DNA of 64,000 nt from an uncultured bacterium (GTDB lineage Bacteria > Chloroflexota > UBA5177 > JANWHV01), in contig CAWHAE010000012.1 of assembly GCA_963827235.1 (NCBI GenBank), positions 448,001 to 512,000 of the forward strand, written 5' to 3'. The notes beneath the pieces are model-generated. The model was not told the origin of the DNA, did no database searches, and saw only the letters and a list, made by a program, of their open reading frames with translations. Shown one piece after another: positions 21,308 to 33,113 of the stretch. A program made the position numbers and the translations under genes. The stretch's first letter is position 1, and every line of letters starts with the position of its first letter.

Positions 21308-22377
21308 TCACACGACGATACTGACATGCGCGCCGCACCGGCCGCAGCAGCCATCACCGGTACAGCCCGTCGTTCGGCACGCGGTACCCTTCCCGCCGGA
21401 TCAGCACCGCGCCACAGCGAGGACAGCAGGTATCGGCGGCAGCATTGGGGACGTTCCCGATGTAGACGTAGCGCAGGCCCTCCGCGTGTCCCAGGCGGCG
21501 AGCACGCTGCAGCGTGGTGAAAGACGTCGCCGGTGTGGTCTGCATCCGTGCTGCCGGGAAGAACCGGGTAACGTGCCAGGGCGTTAGCTCGCCCAGGTTC
21601 GCCGCGATCCACGCCGCCGTGCGCTGCAGGTTCTCGTCACTGTCGTTCCAGCCTGGCACCACGTTGGTCACGCACTCGACGTGCAGCCTCCACCGGGCGC
21701 GGGCTCGCGCGGTGACCGCCAAGAGGTCCTTCATCGGCGCGTGCGCCAGCAGGCGATAAAAGCCCTCCTCGAGGCTCTTGATATCGACGCGGTATACATC
21801 AAGATAGGGCGCGATCATGTCCAGGTGCTCCCGCGTGGCGTAGCCGTTGGTCACGTACACCGTGTACAGGCCGGCGGCCTGGGCCAGGCGCGCACACGCG
21901 AGGGTGTAGGTCAGCCAGAATCGACGGCTCGGTGTAGGTCCAGGCCACGCCCTGGCAGCCGTGCGTCAGCGCCGCCTCGACCAGGGCTTCAGGCGTCAGG
22001 TTGGGCGCGGGCCATCGGCCGCGTTGGCACGGCTCGGCATGGGACAGGTCCCAGTTCTGGCAGAACCGGCATCGGAAGTTGCAGCTCGGTGCGCCGACCG
22101 AGAAGACCCGCGTGCCGGGCCGGTAGTGGTAGACGGGCTTCTTCTCGATCGGATCGGCGGCCGCCGCCGCCACGACGCCGTAGATGCCATCGTAGACGAT
22201 GCCGTCGAGGTTGATTTTGGTGCGGCAGTAGCCGAATTGACCCATCGGCAGCGAACACAGCCGCTGGCACTGCCGGCAGCGCACCCGACCATGTGTACCT
22301 TCCGGCACCGTGAGCAGCACCTGGCGCAGGCCGGAAGCGTGCTCGCGCTGCGCCGGTTCCTGCACGCCCGACGTCAT
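21308..22377 (-). CDS. amrS: AmmeMemoRadiSam system radical SAM enzyme; two +1 frameshifts (~21917, ~21378)
   Basis: CxxCxxxC N-terminus, DPIEKKPVYHYRPG, CNFRCRFCQNWDLS, WTYTEP, VTNGY, DIKS, WHVTRFFP, YVYIGN, CPRCG. Confidence 0.88.
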
Positions 22378-22553
22378 GACAGGCGTCCCATTGCTGAGCC
22401 TACTCCTCCGGCCCGTCTGCGGCGCAGGGCCGTCGCGGCGCGGGACGAGGCCCTGCCTGCCTACGACGCGGATCCGGCTGCACCGCTGTCAGCACGCCGG
22501 CGGCCTTGAACCGGGAGGACCGGCAATCAACCTGCAGCTCGCCTGCAGCAGCA

Positions 22554-22700
22554 TCAGGCGATTGGCACCTGTATTGCCCTGGGCTTCTCCTCCTTCGGCA
22601 CGGGGATACGCACTTCGAGGATGCCGTCGGTGTAGCGCGCCGTGACGTGCTCGCGCCTCTCCGTTCTGCTCTGCACTTGCTGCACCTGCCCACGCAGCCA
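22554..22700 (-). pseudogene. Hsp20/alpha-crystallin C-terminal remnant
   Basis: TARYTDGILEVRIPVPKEEKPRAIQVPIA*. Confidence 0.7.
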
Positions 22701-22759
22701 ATGCAGATCGTATGCCTCGGCGCACGCATGGCAATCCGGTGAACCACCTGATGCGGCCT

Positions 22760-22866
22760 CTCATCACCGGATTATGGGATTGGCCGGACCCCGGTCACCA
22801 GGCTGGGCATATAGCCGAGCGTGAGATTGTCCTTGAAGTCGGCGATCGTGCCGGACTTGCTGGCCA
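22760..22866 (-). pseudogene. Short degenerate fragment of a class A PBP transpeptidase (KTG motif region)
   Basis: [26 protein letters not shown] aligns with [26 protein letters not shown] of the PBP at ~43350-43430. Confidence 0.75.
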
Positions 22867-23613
22867 GTCCCTGCTGCAGTTCGCGGGCACGCAGGCGCTG
22901 CGCGACCGCTCAGACCGGCATCAGGAGTAGGTGATCGCCATGTAGGAGCGCTGACCCAGCGGCCAACACGGGAGTACGGGGCCGCGGATTCTGCACTGCC
23001 GGCGCGGAGAGCGGCAGGTCAGTGAACGAAGCCTCCGTGCTACAGTCCCGCGCGGGGCTGTGCTGAGGCATCGCTAGCAGCGCGCGCCCAGCGAGGCGTG
23101 GCTCCTTTGCCAGCGTGGCAGAGAGTAAGCCACTTTCGCCCACTCCCACCGCCAGCTTGAGCGTGCCAACGGGGCAGGCGGTCGGCTCGGTCAACCAGGC
23201 TTGCCGCAGCATGATCTGACAGTGACGCGGCCCAGCGATCAGCAGCGCCTGGAACCGGTACGCGGCGTGCAGCGCGGCAGCCAGCCGGGCCGTCGCGCCG
23301 GCGCGCGACCACACACACTCCGGCGTGCACACCAGGCGCCCGGAGCGCAAGCGTATCGACCCCGTGCCGGGCGCATCGGCGGCAACGGCGAACTCCCGCG
23401 CGTCCACAATCGCCGAGCCGCGCACAACAAACACTCGCGAGCGGGCCTTGTCGAACAGGACAACGCCAAGACAGACCGCACAGTTCGAGGGCGCACACTG
23501 ACCGATCATCTTCCGATCTCCCTACGGTTCATGTTGTTGTGGCTGTGCGCCCTGCTTGCGATGGCCGGCACACGAGTAGCCAAGCAGACCCCTGCACAAT
23601 CGCGGTAAGGCCC

Positions 23614-24027
23614 ATGATTGTCGACTACCTGATGTTCGCCGACATTATAAAGGCGCAAGGGAACGTGCCGAGCCTCATCACCACCGAGTACGACCGGATC
23701 AGTGCCTCGTCCTTTCCGTTTACGTACACGCTGTCGGTCATCTTCCGTCTGCGCGAGCACTGGGTGGATGCCGAGACACCGAGGATTGTCCATATCGAAG
23801 TCACCGACAGCGATGGGCATCTCCTGCGGGAACCCTTCGAGTTTGAGCTGGACATCTGGTGTGACGCACGGACACCAGAAGGCACCGACGTCTCTGGCCA
23901 GTTCTTCCTCAAGGTCCGTGAGCTGGTGTCCGGCCGGCCCGGAGCTTTCATGGTGGCGATCCGGGTCGGCGAGGATGTGCTCCTCAGCAAGGCACTCTAT
24001 GTGTTGCCCAAGGGTATTCGCGCATAG
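23614..24027 (+). CDS. Hypothetical small beta-sandwich protein (DUF6941-like)
   Basis: MIVDYLMFAD..DRISASSFP..PGAFMVAIRVGE pattern; lower GC. Confidence 0.55.
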   Translation: MIVDYLMFADIIKAQGNVPSLITTEYDRISASSFPFTYTLSVIFRLREHWVDAETPRIVHIEVTDSDGHLLREPFEFELDIWCDARTPEGTDVSGQFFLKVRELVSGRPGAFMVAIRVGEDVLLSKALYVLPKGIRA

Positions 24028-24371
24028 CCCGACAGCGAGCCCAGCAGGCACTCGTGCATGACGCCATGATCGGTCTGGATCGCCTCGCTGCCGCGCAGCT
24101 ACACATCGAGCGGCGTCTCCGGTACGTCTTGGCTCTTATGCCAGCGTGAGCTGTGGCCGCACCGGCCCGTGCTGTAGAGGTCTCGATGCTGGGGCGCAAT
24201 TCGCCTCCGTCCTTTGAGAACCGGTGCACGGCTGGCGCGCCGTGTGACCCAACTGCCCAGCAGTGCCCGACGCCAATGGCTCCGCACCTTGCGCGGACTA
24301 CTATTGCCGGGAGTCCTGGCCTGCGTGCAGACTGGACATGGACAGCAACCCTCGAGCGCGGACATCTTGCC

Positions 24372-25550
24372 ATGGACCATCCCAACATTCGCACACCGAC
24401 CCGCCTCATACGAGGCGTCGCAGGGGCGCTGCTCTTGCTCGAGAGCCTGGCGTCCGGTAATGGCGGTACCAGGCCGGCCGTCCAGGCCCAGGGTGTGTTG
24501 CTCCGCGAGGGTCCGATCTCCGAGCGGGCCGTCGCGCTGACCTTCGACGACGGACCGTCTCTTTACACCGCACGCATCGTGTCCGCGCTGGACGCGTACC
24601 ACGCGCATGCCACGTTCTTCGTGATCGGCGAGCAAGTGGCGCAGTTTGCCGATGTGCTGCAGACTCTGGTGCGCGCCGGCGACGAGGTGGGCAACCACAC
24701 CTACACGCACGCCAATCTGACCGGGTTAGCGCCCAGGGCGATAGGCGCGCAGTTGGCCGCCACCCAGCAGGCGGTGTACCGCGCCACAGGGGTGACGCCG
24801 CGCTGGTTTCGCCCACCGGACGGGGCCTACAATGTCAGCGTGGTCGGCACCGCTGCCGCCCTCGCCCTGCACGGCGTCCTCTGGTCGGTCGATCCGAGTG
24901 ACTGGACCCGCCCGGGCACTGGGGCGATTGTCCAGCGCGTGCTGGCGGCGGTCCAGCCCGGCGCCATCATCCTGCTCCACGACGGCGGCGGCGACCGCAG
25001 CGAGACCGTGGCCGCCCTGTCCTTGATCCTGCAGGGACTCGCACACGACGGCTACCGCGTCGAGACGGTCAGCGGGTTGCTTGGGCTGCCGGTGCCGCTC
25101 CCCTGCGATCGAGCGCTCGCCCAGCGGCGGTTTGCGGCGGCTGGAATCGCAGCGGTGCCCGCCCATGCCATTTACAATGCCTGGCTTGCGCGCTACTGCA
25201 GCGGGCTGGACTTCGGACCGGCGACCAGTCCGGAGCAAGGCCTGTCCGCGGGCGGGATCGTCCAGAACTTCGCGCGCACGGGCCATCGCATCTCCTGGCA
25301 GCGGCACACGGGCGCCGTCCAGGTGACGCTCGTCTGGGCCTGGGCGATCCGCGAGTTCGCCGCCCGTGGGATCGGCCCGCGCTGGCACACGCTCATCACC
25401 AACGCATGGTTTGACCACTACTTTGCCGACCAGGACTGGGGAGCCGCTCTCACCCAGCCCTATCGCAGGAACGGCGCCACGACGCAGTGCTTCCTTCATG
25501 GCTGTGCCACTGACCGTGCTGGGCGGGTAAGCTGGGCAGTGTCCGCGTGA
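24372..25550 (+). CDS. Secreted polysaccharide deacetylase (CE4/NodB) with C-terminal extension
   Basis: VALTFDDGP, ATFFVIG, GNHTYTH, FRPPDG, WSVDPSDW, IILLHDGGG. Confidence 0.92.
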   Translation: MDHPNIRTPTRLIRGVAGALLLLESLASGNGGTRPAVQAQGVLLREGPISERAVALTFDDGPSLYTARIVSALDAYHAHATFFVIGEQVAQFADVLQTLVRAGDEVGNHTYTHANLTGLAPRAIGAQLAATQQAVYRATGVTPRWFRPPDGAYNVSVVGTAAALALHGVLWSVDPSDWTRPGTGAIVQRVLAAVQPGAIILLHDGGGDRSETVAALSLILQGLAHDGYRVETVSGLLGLPVPLPCDRALAQRRFAAAGIAAVPAHAIYNAWLARYCSGLDFGPATSPEQGLSAGGIVQNFARTGHRISWQRHTGAVQVTLVWAWAIREFAARGIGPRWHTLITNAWFDHYFADQDWGAALTQPYRRNGATTQCFLHGCATDRAGRVSWAVSA

Positions 25551-25871
25551 TGCATCGCCTCCAACGCTGCCGCTACTGGACACGAGATCGAAGCCATGTG
25601 CCCATACCGCTTAGGCCTTGTCGGCCTGGCGGTCTGCGTACCAAACGAGTATTGTCTGCAGTGATAGGCAGTACAGATCTGCATGAGCATGCCATATGGC
25701 AGTCAGGGTCAGTGTCGTGCACCGCTCGGCGCGCTGCGAAACGCACACGTCGCCTCTAGGCCGGGCAGTTGCCTACCTGTGACGAGCGCGGAGCCGCACG
25801 GGCCATCTGCCGATCGCTGGTACGCTGTAGGCAGGATATCCTCTGACAAGGAGTACGGCGAGACGGTGAGC

Positions 25872-26624
25872 ATGGACCGCAAGATCGCGCTTGTTACCGG
25901 CGCCGGCAGTGGTATCGGGCGAGCTGCCGCGCTCGCCTTGGCTGCGGCTGGCCACACCGTCGTCCTCGCCGGGCGTCGTGGCGCCGCGCTGGAGGAAACA
26001 GCCCGGCTGGTCCCTACCACCGCCGAGTCGATGCTCGCGCTGCCCGCGGATGTCAGTGACCCAGCGTCAGTGCGCACCCTGTTTGGCCGCATCCAGGAGA
26101 CATTCGGGCGGCTGGACCTGCTGGTCAACAACGCGGGTACCGGTGCACCGGCCATCCCGGTCGAAGACATCAGCTTCGAGCAGTGGAGCGCGGTGGTCGG
26201 CGTCAACCTCACCGGCGCGTTCTTGTGCGCGCAGGCGGCGGTCAGGTTGATGAAGACCCAGCGGCCCCACGGCGGGCGCATTATCAATAATGGCTCCCTC
26301 TCCGCACACGCGCCCCGCCCACACTCTGCACCCTATACCGCGACCAAGCATGCCATCACCGGACTCACCAAGTCACTCGCGCTCGATGGGCGTGGCTACG
26401 ACATTGCCTGCGGCCAGATTGACATCGGGAATGCTGCGACAGAGATGACGGCGCGGATGCGCGCGGGCGTGCCGCAAGCGAACGGCACGCTGCTCGTCGA
26501 ACCGCGAATCGCCGTCGAGGAGGTCGCGGCCGCCATCGTCTACATGGCAAGCTTGCCGCTGTCAGCCAACGTCCTCTTCATGACGGTGATGGCGACCGAG
26601 ATGCCGTTTGTGGGTCGCGGGTAA
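25872..26624 (+). CDS. SDR family oxidoreductase
   Basis: [27 protein letters not shown]-terminal MPFVGRG. Confidence 0.95.
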   Translation: MDRKIALVTGAGSGIGRAAALALAAAGHTVVLAGRRGAALEETARLVPTTAESMLALPADVSDPASVRTLFGRIQETFGRLDLLVNNAGTGAPAIPVEDISFEQWSAVVGVNLTGAFLCAQAAVRLMKTQRPHGGRIINNGSLSAHAPRPHSAPYTATKHAITGLTKSLALDGRGYDIACGQIDIGNAATEMTARMRAGVPQANGTLLVEPRIAVEEVAAAIVYMASLPLSANVLFMTVMATEMPFVGRG

Positions 26625-27125
26625 GCGCCGCAGTGCGCCGTGGTGCCCGCAGCAGTGCAATCGCGCACGTGGACGACCTGTTCGTCCTCAAGGAGGGCGC
26701 ACTGGGGCCGGAGCCGCCGGTGCAGCTGAGCTTAGAGCCCGTTCCTGCCCACGCCGCGCTGCACACACGCACGTCTCCGGCACGTATGTCTACAAGGGGA
26801 TCAAGAATGCGAACGCAGCGGAGGCCGTCTGCGTCGTACCGGAGAGCGAGCACGCCATATGCACGGCAGTCCTGAACCAGTTTCTAGCCGAGGAAGCGAA
26901 AGACCTGTCTTGACGCACTCGCCGCCCTGCCAAAGCAGAGCCTGGTTTACTGTTGAGGTGCCTTATCGTACAAAGTGAAAGCAGGGATTGGCAGGCCTGA
27001 CATTCAGGCGGATGTAGGTGGCGGCTAGCACGGCTGGGGACCAGGCGTACCGCAGCCTGACAACGGGGACCTCCCGAGCTTGAGTGTGCCACCGCGTTTA
27101 CTGCGGACAGGGGGAGAGATCATCA

Positions 27126-27830
27126 ATGATGACCACGTTGTCCGACCAGGCGAAGAACGTCGTGTTGCACTCTGCGCTGTTCGACAGAGGAATCGTGTTT
27201 GAAAGGGCGCAGGGGTCCCAATATTGGGATACGGAGGGGCGGGAGTATCTTGATCTGCTCTCGTCTAACATGGGTCCCGCGATGGTGGGCCATAGTCACC
27301 CCGCTGTCGTTGACGCTATTCAGAAGCAGGCGGCAAAGCTGGTGTCGACACGAATAACCCTGGATAATGTGCCCTTGATTGAGCTGTGCACGAAGCTGGC
27401 TGAGATCTCTCCCCTGGAGAGCACCAAGACGTACATCTGTTCAGGTGGTGGTGAGGCGAACGAAGCGGCGATCAAGATTGCCATGACGGCGACGGGTCGG
27501 GACGGTGTTGTCTCGCTGACAGGCGCGTATCACGGCCAATCCATCGGCACGATGTCGTTGTGCGGCATGCCCGGGCTCAGGGATCGGATCCCGCCCCGGC
27601 TGCGCATGAGGAGCTATCTGCAGGTTCTGTCGGGAGATCCCTATCGCACCTGGCCGGAGGCCACGATCGGCTGGCGCGACGCACTGGCGCAGCTGGACGC
27701 CACCGCCGATCAGGAGGGGATAGCCGCGTTCATCATCGAGCCGGTGCAAGGCGTTGCCGGACACGTCGTCTTCGAGCCCGGATTCTATCATGCCGTGACG
27801 CAGCTGTGTCGCAAGCACGGCATCATCCAT
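27126..27830 (+). pseudogene. Class III aminotransferase, truncated before the PLP-binding DE..K motif
   Basis: GSQYWDTEGREYLD, GHSHP, SGGGEANEAAIK, YHG, IIEPVQG, LCRKHGII, then loss of homology. Confidence 0.85.
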
Positions 27831-28119
27831 CAACGTGACCGGTCTGCCGTCGTTACCAGCGCCGCCGAGTGCTCCGCCCTATTACTACTCCCCTAATCCC
27901 TTCGCGGACCAACGGTCTTGATCTGACCGGAAGCGGTGAGCCGACAACCGGCATGCCTGAGCGTCCCGAGACGCGCGTGCTCACAGCTCACAAGCGCACA
28001 CCCGCGCAGACGGAATATCACCAGGAAGCTCAGCACTACCTGACCGCGCGCGCAGAGCCCGGAGTATGCTGAAATGGCGCGGGTCAGCCCGTTCTCCGCC
28101 ACGAAGGGGGGCACGCTCA

Positions 28120-29193
28120 ATGCTCGGCACCTGGCAGATGTTTCGCACGCAGTCTGCGAAATACCCCTTCTACCTCGCCTTCGATTACCGGGGGAATACG
28201 CATCAACTCGCCCTTACCGGGCGCTGGCCGACAACGAAGGAGATCTTCTGCCATCCGGTTGACGACGCCTTCCTGGCGGATCATGGCGACTTCCTCCAGC
28301 GCGCAGCGCTCCACGATCCCGTGGGCATCCTCGACGTCGAAACGCTGGGACGCCCGCCCATGGTGGTCATCCACGTCACACTCAACCGAGCACGCCTGCG
28401 CGAGTCCTGGTTCCGCGTGAACACCCTCCGGTACAAGACGGGCGAGCGCCAGGGAACGTCATACCAGCGGATTCTGTGGACCAGTCCCACCGCCGCCCAC
28501 GCACCCAAGAAGCGCAAGTACGCCAAGGCGCCGTCCAGCATTCCGTTCCAGGTGCTGATCGACAGCCGCGAACAGCACCCACTGGACTTTCCCGCGCACA
28601 CCCGCGTGGAGCGGTGCCAGCTGCCGGTCGGCGACTACGCCCTGCTGGACCCCAGCGGCACCCACCCGCTAGCTGTGATCGAGCGCAAGACCATCGCCGA
28701 CTTCATCGCCCAGTTCAGCGCGCTTGGCGCGTTCCACGATCACCTGAGCATGCTGGAACGCTATCCCTACGCCGGCCTGGTGATCGAAGCCGGCTACCTG
28801 GACGCCCTCAACCCAAAGAATCTGCACACCTACACCCCCGACTTCGCCGCCCGCACGATCGCCGAGATGCAGGTCAGCCACCGCGCGCTCACGGTCCATT
28901 TCGCCCAATCTCGCCAAGGGGCGATGCGTTGGGTGCTTGCGTTCTTCGGGAGCATCTGGATCGAGCCGCGCGACAGCCTGGAAGCGCAGGCCCGCGCTGC
29001 GGCCACCAGCACGCCGGCCCTGCCACCTGCGGTCCAGGTTCCTATGGCACGCCGCAGCCGCCGACCCCGCACTACGGCGATCCCCGCGGACACAAGCGCA
29101 CCACCACCGGAGAGCGCTACCGACGAGGTCGCGCCACCACGAGCTACGGGCGCACTCGCGGAAGAACCGGGCCCGAGCGCGACCGAGAGATAG
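28120..29193 (+). CDS. ERCC4/XPF-type nuclease domain protein
   Basis: VLIDSREQHP, LPVGDY, IERKT, GLVIEA; N-terminal WPTTKEIFCHPV domain. Confidence 0.85.
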   Translation: MLGTWQMFRTQSAKYPFYLAFDYRGNTHQLALTGRWPTTKEIFCHPVDDAFLADHGDFLQRAALHDPVGILDVETLGRPPMVVIHVTLNRARLRESWFRVNTLRYKTGERQGTSYQRILWTSPTAAHAPKKRKYAKAPSSIPFQVLIDSREQHPLDFPAHTRVERCQLPVGDYALLDPSGTHPLAVIERKTIADFIAQFSALGAFHDHLSMLERYPYAGLVIEAGYLDALNPKNLHTYTPDFAARTIAEMQVSHRALTVHFAQSRQGAMRWVLAFFGSIWIEPRDSLEAQARAAATSTPALPPAVQVPMARRSRRPRTTAIPADTSAPPPESATDEVAPPRATGALAEEPGPSATER

Positions 29194-29424
29194 CCACAAG
29201 CAGAGACCACCGGCTGTCTCTGAATACTTGCGCCCCGGGCGTGTACGATCGTTCATGCGGGGCTGCACCCGCGCGGTGAGTCAGGATGCACCCGGCATCA
29301 TGGCAGGCTGATGCATACCCACGCGACTACCGCTTCTGACCCGCATGCTCCACCACCCTGGAAAGACCCCTAGAGCCACGTGCGCTCGTCCCTCATTGGC
29401 CACACCTTCGCGGCGGGTCAAACC

Positions 29425-29850
29425 CTAGGCCCGGACTAGGTAGTCGGTCGTGACGGGGCCGCTTGTGCGGTGGTCGTCCACTCGTAGCTCGTTTCCGCTC
29501 AGGCTGAGGACCAGCGTATTGCCATTGTCGAACTGGGCGACGGCCGTCGCGCTGCCGGGTACCCCAATAAGTGGCGTTACGCCCCAGTCACAGTACGTGG
29601 GGGAGCAGCTGCCGTAGCCGTGCACGGCGTAGCTGCCATCGGCGTTGGCCAAGATTGTCACCTGCGGCACGCTGGGCGTGTAGGCGAGGACATTGATCCA
29701 GTTGCCCACCAGTTGCGCGGCCGAGAGAGGCACCGGCGTGGCGGTCACGGTTGGCGTCGGCGTCCCAGTGACCGTCGGGGTCGGGAGCAACGAGGCCGTT
29801 GGTGAAGGCGTCGGCGGGGGCGTGTAGGTGGGCAGGGGTGTGTAGGGTAT
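29425..29850 (-). pseudogene. C-terminal remnant of a secreted Pro/Thr-linker protein
   Basis: PT-rich linker then LVGNWIN..VHGYGSCSPTYCDWG; no credible N-terminus. Confidence 0.5.
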
Positions 29851-29974
29851 GGAACACAACACGCGACCTACCGTCCGCAAAAACGGCGATGCGTCGGTGC
29901 GAGCAGCCTTCGTGGACCGCCCAGCCTCGTCACCGCCAGGACCTGCTGCCAGGTTCCCGGGCGGGACCGCTGCC

Positions 29975-30543
29975 TCACGGCCCTGCCGTCTCCGCCTGTG
30001 CATGATCCCCTTGAGCCCCTTCATTGAACCATCGATCCAGCTCGGTGACCGGCAGCGGCTTGCTGTGGTAGTAGCCCTGGGTGAGGTCGCACTGCATCGT
30101 CTGCAACAGCGCACACGCTTCCTGTGACTCTACTCCTTCGGCTGCCACCTCCAGGCCAAGCGCATGGGCCATCCCAGCGCAGGCGTGCCGGCTGCGTGCC
30201 GGCTGCCCCAGCATAACGGCAATACCAGCAGCGGAGCCGCAATCGACGCCAGGTCATCGAGCGCGTTGTCCAGCGCGTAGCCGCCGGATCGGAGCACGAG
30301 AACGGCCACGAGGGCGCCATTGAAGAACGCGGCCATCAACAGCCACGGCCACAGCTGGCGCACCAAGCCGGTACCCGACTCCTGCCGGCTCACGGCAAGT
30401 GGCCCCGCCGGCAGGGGGCGCCCGCCAAAGCTGGCTGCTGAGGAGATGCTCAGCACAGCTCGGCGCACAACCGCCGACGGGCGGTCCCACGGTAGGAGGG
30501 CCCTGGCCGGCGCAGACCCGCTGCGCTGTGCCGCAGTGCCCAT
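29975..30543 (-). pseudogene. Internally deleted membrane-sensor/EAL c-di-GMP phosphodiesterase remnant
   Basis: TM N-terminal piece (30543-30190) abuts the EAL C-terminus MAHALGLEVAAEGVES..CDLTQGYYHSKPLP. Confidence 0.65.
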
Positions 30544-30735
30544 GATCGTGCGCCTGCCTGGGTGCCGCAGCTTCCCAGCTCGCCCGGGAGCGCGGCCTGG
30601 TACCGGCCCAGCGGGCACCGGCTCCGCCTCCCGCTGCGTGGCCAGCTCGTTGAGCTCTTCAGCAATCACGCCGGGACCATCACAACTTCCCTACCGCGCC
30701 ACAGTGACGACGCCCATCGGTCGCCTTACGTAGAT

Positions 30736-30762
30736 CTATCGACAGATTCCGGCAGATCTGCA
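30736..30762 (-). promoter_or_regulatory. sigma28 (FliA/WhiG)-like promoter
   Basis: TGCAG-N14-GTCGATAG upstream of the EAL remnant. Confidence 0.35.
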
Positions 30763-30928
30763 GGGCACCAACACGACTGCCAGGTGCCGGTCAGCGCCGA
30801 AGATCGCGAAGACCGCTTGGAGTGAGGTGACCAGCAGGATCGGCACGTGGTGCGCAGCGCTTTCTGCTCCGTGCCTGGACAGCGCAGCTTGCGACCGCAG
30901 CCGTGCCGGAAACGGCCCAGCGCGGCCG

Positions 30929-33016
30929 TCAGGCCACATGAATGGAGCGAATGTTCGGCCTGGCTCCCATCTGGTCGGGCGCGCTGGACACTGCCAGCGT
31001 GAAATGCTCCACCAGTTCCTTGAGCCCCGTGGCTAGCGCAGCCAGTTCCTGGGCGCCCGCGCTCATCTCTTCGACACTCGCCGTCTGCTCCTCGGTGGAC
31101 GCACTCACTTCCTCCGCCCCCGCCGCGCTCTGCTCGCTCACCGCTGCAATGCTCTCCACCGAGCCGTGTACCTGCTCGGCGCTTCGGCGCATCTCTCCCG
31201 CCGCCCGAGCCGTTTCCGCCGCTACTCGCGCCACGTGCTCCGCCGCGGGCACCGCCGCTGTGTGCACCGCCGCCACGCCGGCCGTCATCCGTCCGACCGC
31301 TGCGGTGATGGCCGAGGCCTGTGCGTTGGTCTCCTCCACCACGCCCAGAATGCTGGTCAGCGCCTCGCCTGCCTGCTGGCCCAGCACCGCGCTCTTCTCC
31401 ACCTCGCTGCTGCCCACCGCCATCGCCAGCACCACATCCGCCACCTGCTGCTGGATGGCCGCGATCCGCCCGGTGATCTCCTTGGTTTCGTTGCTGGACC
31501 GCTCCGCCAGCTTGCGCACCTCGGCCGCCACGACCGTGAAGCCCTTGCCGTGCTCGCCGGCTCGCGCTGCCTCGATAGCTGCGTTCAGGGCCAGCAGGTT
31601 GGTCTGCGCGGCGATGTCGTCGATCGCTTCCACGATCTGGCCGATCTCCTGGCTCTGCTTGCCCAGGGCTGCCACCTGCTCCGCACTCGTCTGCACGGCG
31701 GCCCGTACGCTGTCGATGCTGCTGATCGTCTGGGCTACGGCCGTGCCGCCGCCCTTGGCCGTGCCGGCAGCTCGTCCAGCCGCGCTGGTCACCGCTTCCA
31801 CGCTCTTCGAGGTGTCCTCGAGTGCATCCCGCAGAAGCCCGATGGCTGCATTGGCCTGGCGCACGGCCTCATGCTGCGCTTCCGCGCCGCCAGCCACCTG
31901 CTGTACGGCGGCGTTGAGGGTCGCCATCTGGGCGATGGCCTGGCTGCTGTCCTTGCTCTGCTCGCCCGTGCCACGCGCTACCTCCTCGATGGCGCGCGAT
32001 ATCTGCTGGCTGGCCTGGCCGATCTGCTGCGTGGCCTGTGCCAGCTGATTGGAGCCGCTATGCACCTGCTCGGAGGACTGGGCCACCTGCCCGATCAGAT
32101 CGGCCAGCTCGGCGCGGGCCTGCTCGTAGGCGCCGACGGTCCCTCGGATCTTCTCAACGATGCTGCGGACCGCAGACGCGGTTCTCCCGATCTCATCCTT
32201 GCTGTGGTACGTCGGCGGCTCGACGATGGCACTGACCGGCACGGTCAGATTGCCCTGGGCAAATGCCGCTACACCGTCGGACAGACTGACAATGTCTCTT
32301 GCGGCCAGGTCGGTTGCGGCGCGCTCCACGTCCTTCAGCGGCCGTGAAATCGAGCGGGCAGTGAAGATGCCAAGCCCGATAGCCAGCAGGAGCGCGCACG
32401 CCATGACGGTCCACATCTCGGTCGTCGCGTTGTTGATTGTTGTCGACGTGTCAGTTGATCTGTTCTGCACTTCCGACTGCAGCGACTGGACGAGCCAGCT
32501 CATGTTCGTGAACAGGGACTCGGCCAGGGTGTTTTCCTGCCCTACGGAGAGTGCATCAGACTGCGCATTGGCACTGGCACTGGAGGATGCCCCGAGCGTG
32601 ATCGCTCGCTGGTCGAGTGCCATCCATTGCTGGAGCCATGCTTGCGACTGCATCGCCCGGTGATACTCTTCGGACGTGTTATCGCCAATGCCGCTAGAGT
32701 AGACCTTGAACTGCGCTGCGGCATCTTGACGAGCTGCCTGCGCCGCCGCTTCGAACTGGGCGACCTGGGCCGCGCTGTGCGCCTGGCCCACCGCCCGGGA
32801 GTCCATCATGGCCTGCTGGATGTCGCTGCGGATCGTCAGCGCCTGCACGAGACTGGGCACCGAGTCGCCGCTCACGGCATCGAAGCTCCCGCGGAGTGTG
32901 CCCAGGTTACTGATGCCGATGCCGCCGACCAGTACGGCCAGCAGCGCGACCAGAACGAAGCTGCCGATGAGTTTTGGACTGATACGAAGGTTCCTAAACC
33001 ACTGCATGATTCTCAT
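30929..33016 (-). CDS. Methyl-accepting chemotaxis protein (4HB sensor, HAMP, MA domain)
   Basis: KLIGSF TM1, TM2, [48 protein letters not shown]. Confidence 0.96.
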   Translation of the reverse strand: MRIMQWFRNLRISPKLIGSFVLVALLAVLVGGIGISNLGTLRGSFDAVSGDSVPSLVQALTIRSDIQQAMMDSRAVGQAHSAAQVAQFEAAAQAARQDAAAQFKVYSSGIGDNTSEEYHRAMQSQAWLQQWMALDQRAITLGASSSASANAQSDALSVGQENTLAESLFTNMSWLVQSLQSEVQNRSTDTSTTINNATTEMWTVMACALLLAIGLGIFTARSISRPLKDVERAATDLAARDIVSLSDGVAAFAQGNLTVPVSAIVEPPTYHSKDEIGRTASAVRSIVEKIRGTVGAYEQARAELADLIGQVAQSSEQVHSGSNQLAQATQQIGQASQQISRAIEEVARGTGEQSKDSSQAIAQMATLNAAVQQVAGGAEAQHEAVRQANAAIGLLRDALEDTSKSVEAVTSAAGRAAGTAKGGGTAVAQTISSIDSVRAAVQTSAEQVAALGKQSQEIGQIVEAIDDIAAQTNLLALNAAIEAARAGEHGKGFTVVAAEVRKLAERSSNETKEITGRIAAIQQQVADVVLAMAVGSSEVEKSAVLGQQAGEALTSILGVVEETNAQASAITAAVGRMTAGVAAVHTAAVPAAEHVARVAAETARAAGEMRRSAEQVHGSVESIAAVSEQSAAGAEEVSASTEEQTASVEEMSAGAQELAALATGLKELVEHFTLAVSSAPDQMGARPNIRSIHVA

Positions 33017-33086
33017 ACTTTCCGGGTCCTCAGGCTCAACTTGACGGGCAGATATAAGCCAGCACACTAGCACATACCACTGCTAT

Positions 33087-33113
33087 CTGTCGGCAGAATT
33101 GCCGGCAACTTGA
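33087..33113 (-). promoter_or_regulatory. sigma28 (FliA/WhiG)-like promoter of the MCP gene
   Basis: TCAAG-N14-GCCGACAG about 70 bp upstream of the MCP start. Confidence 0.55.
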
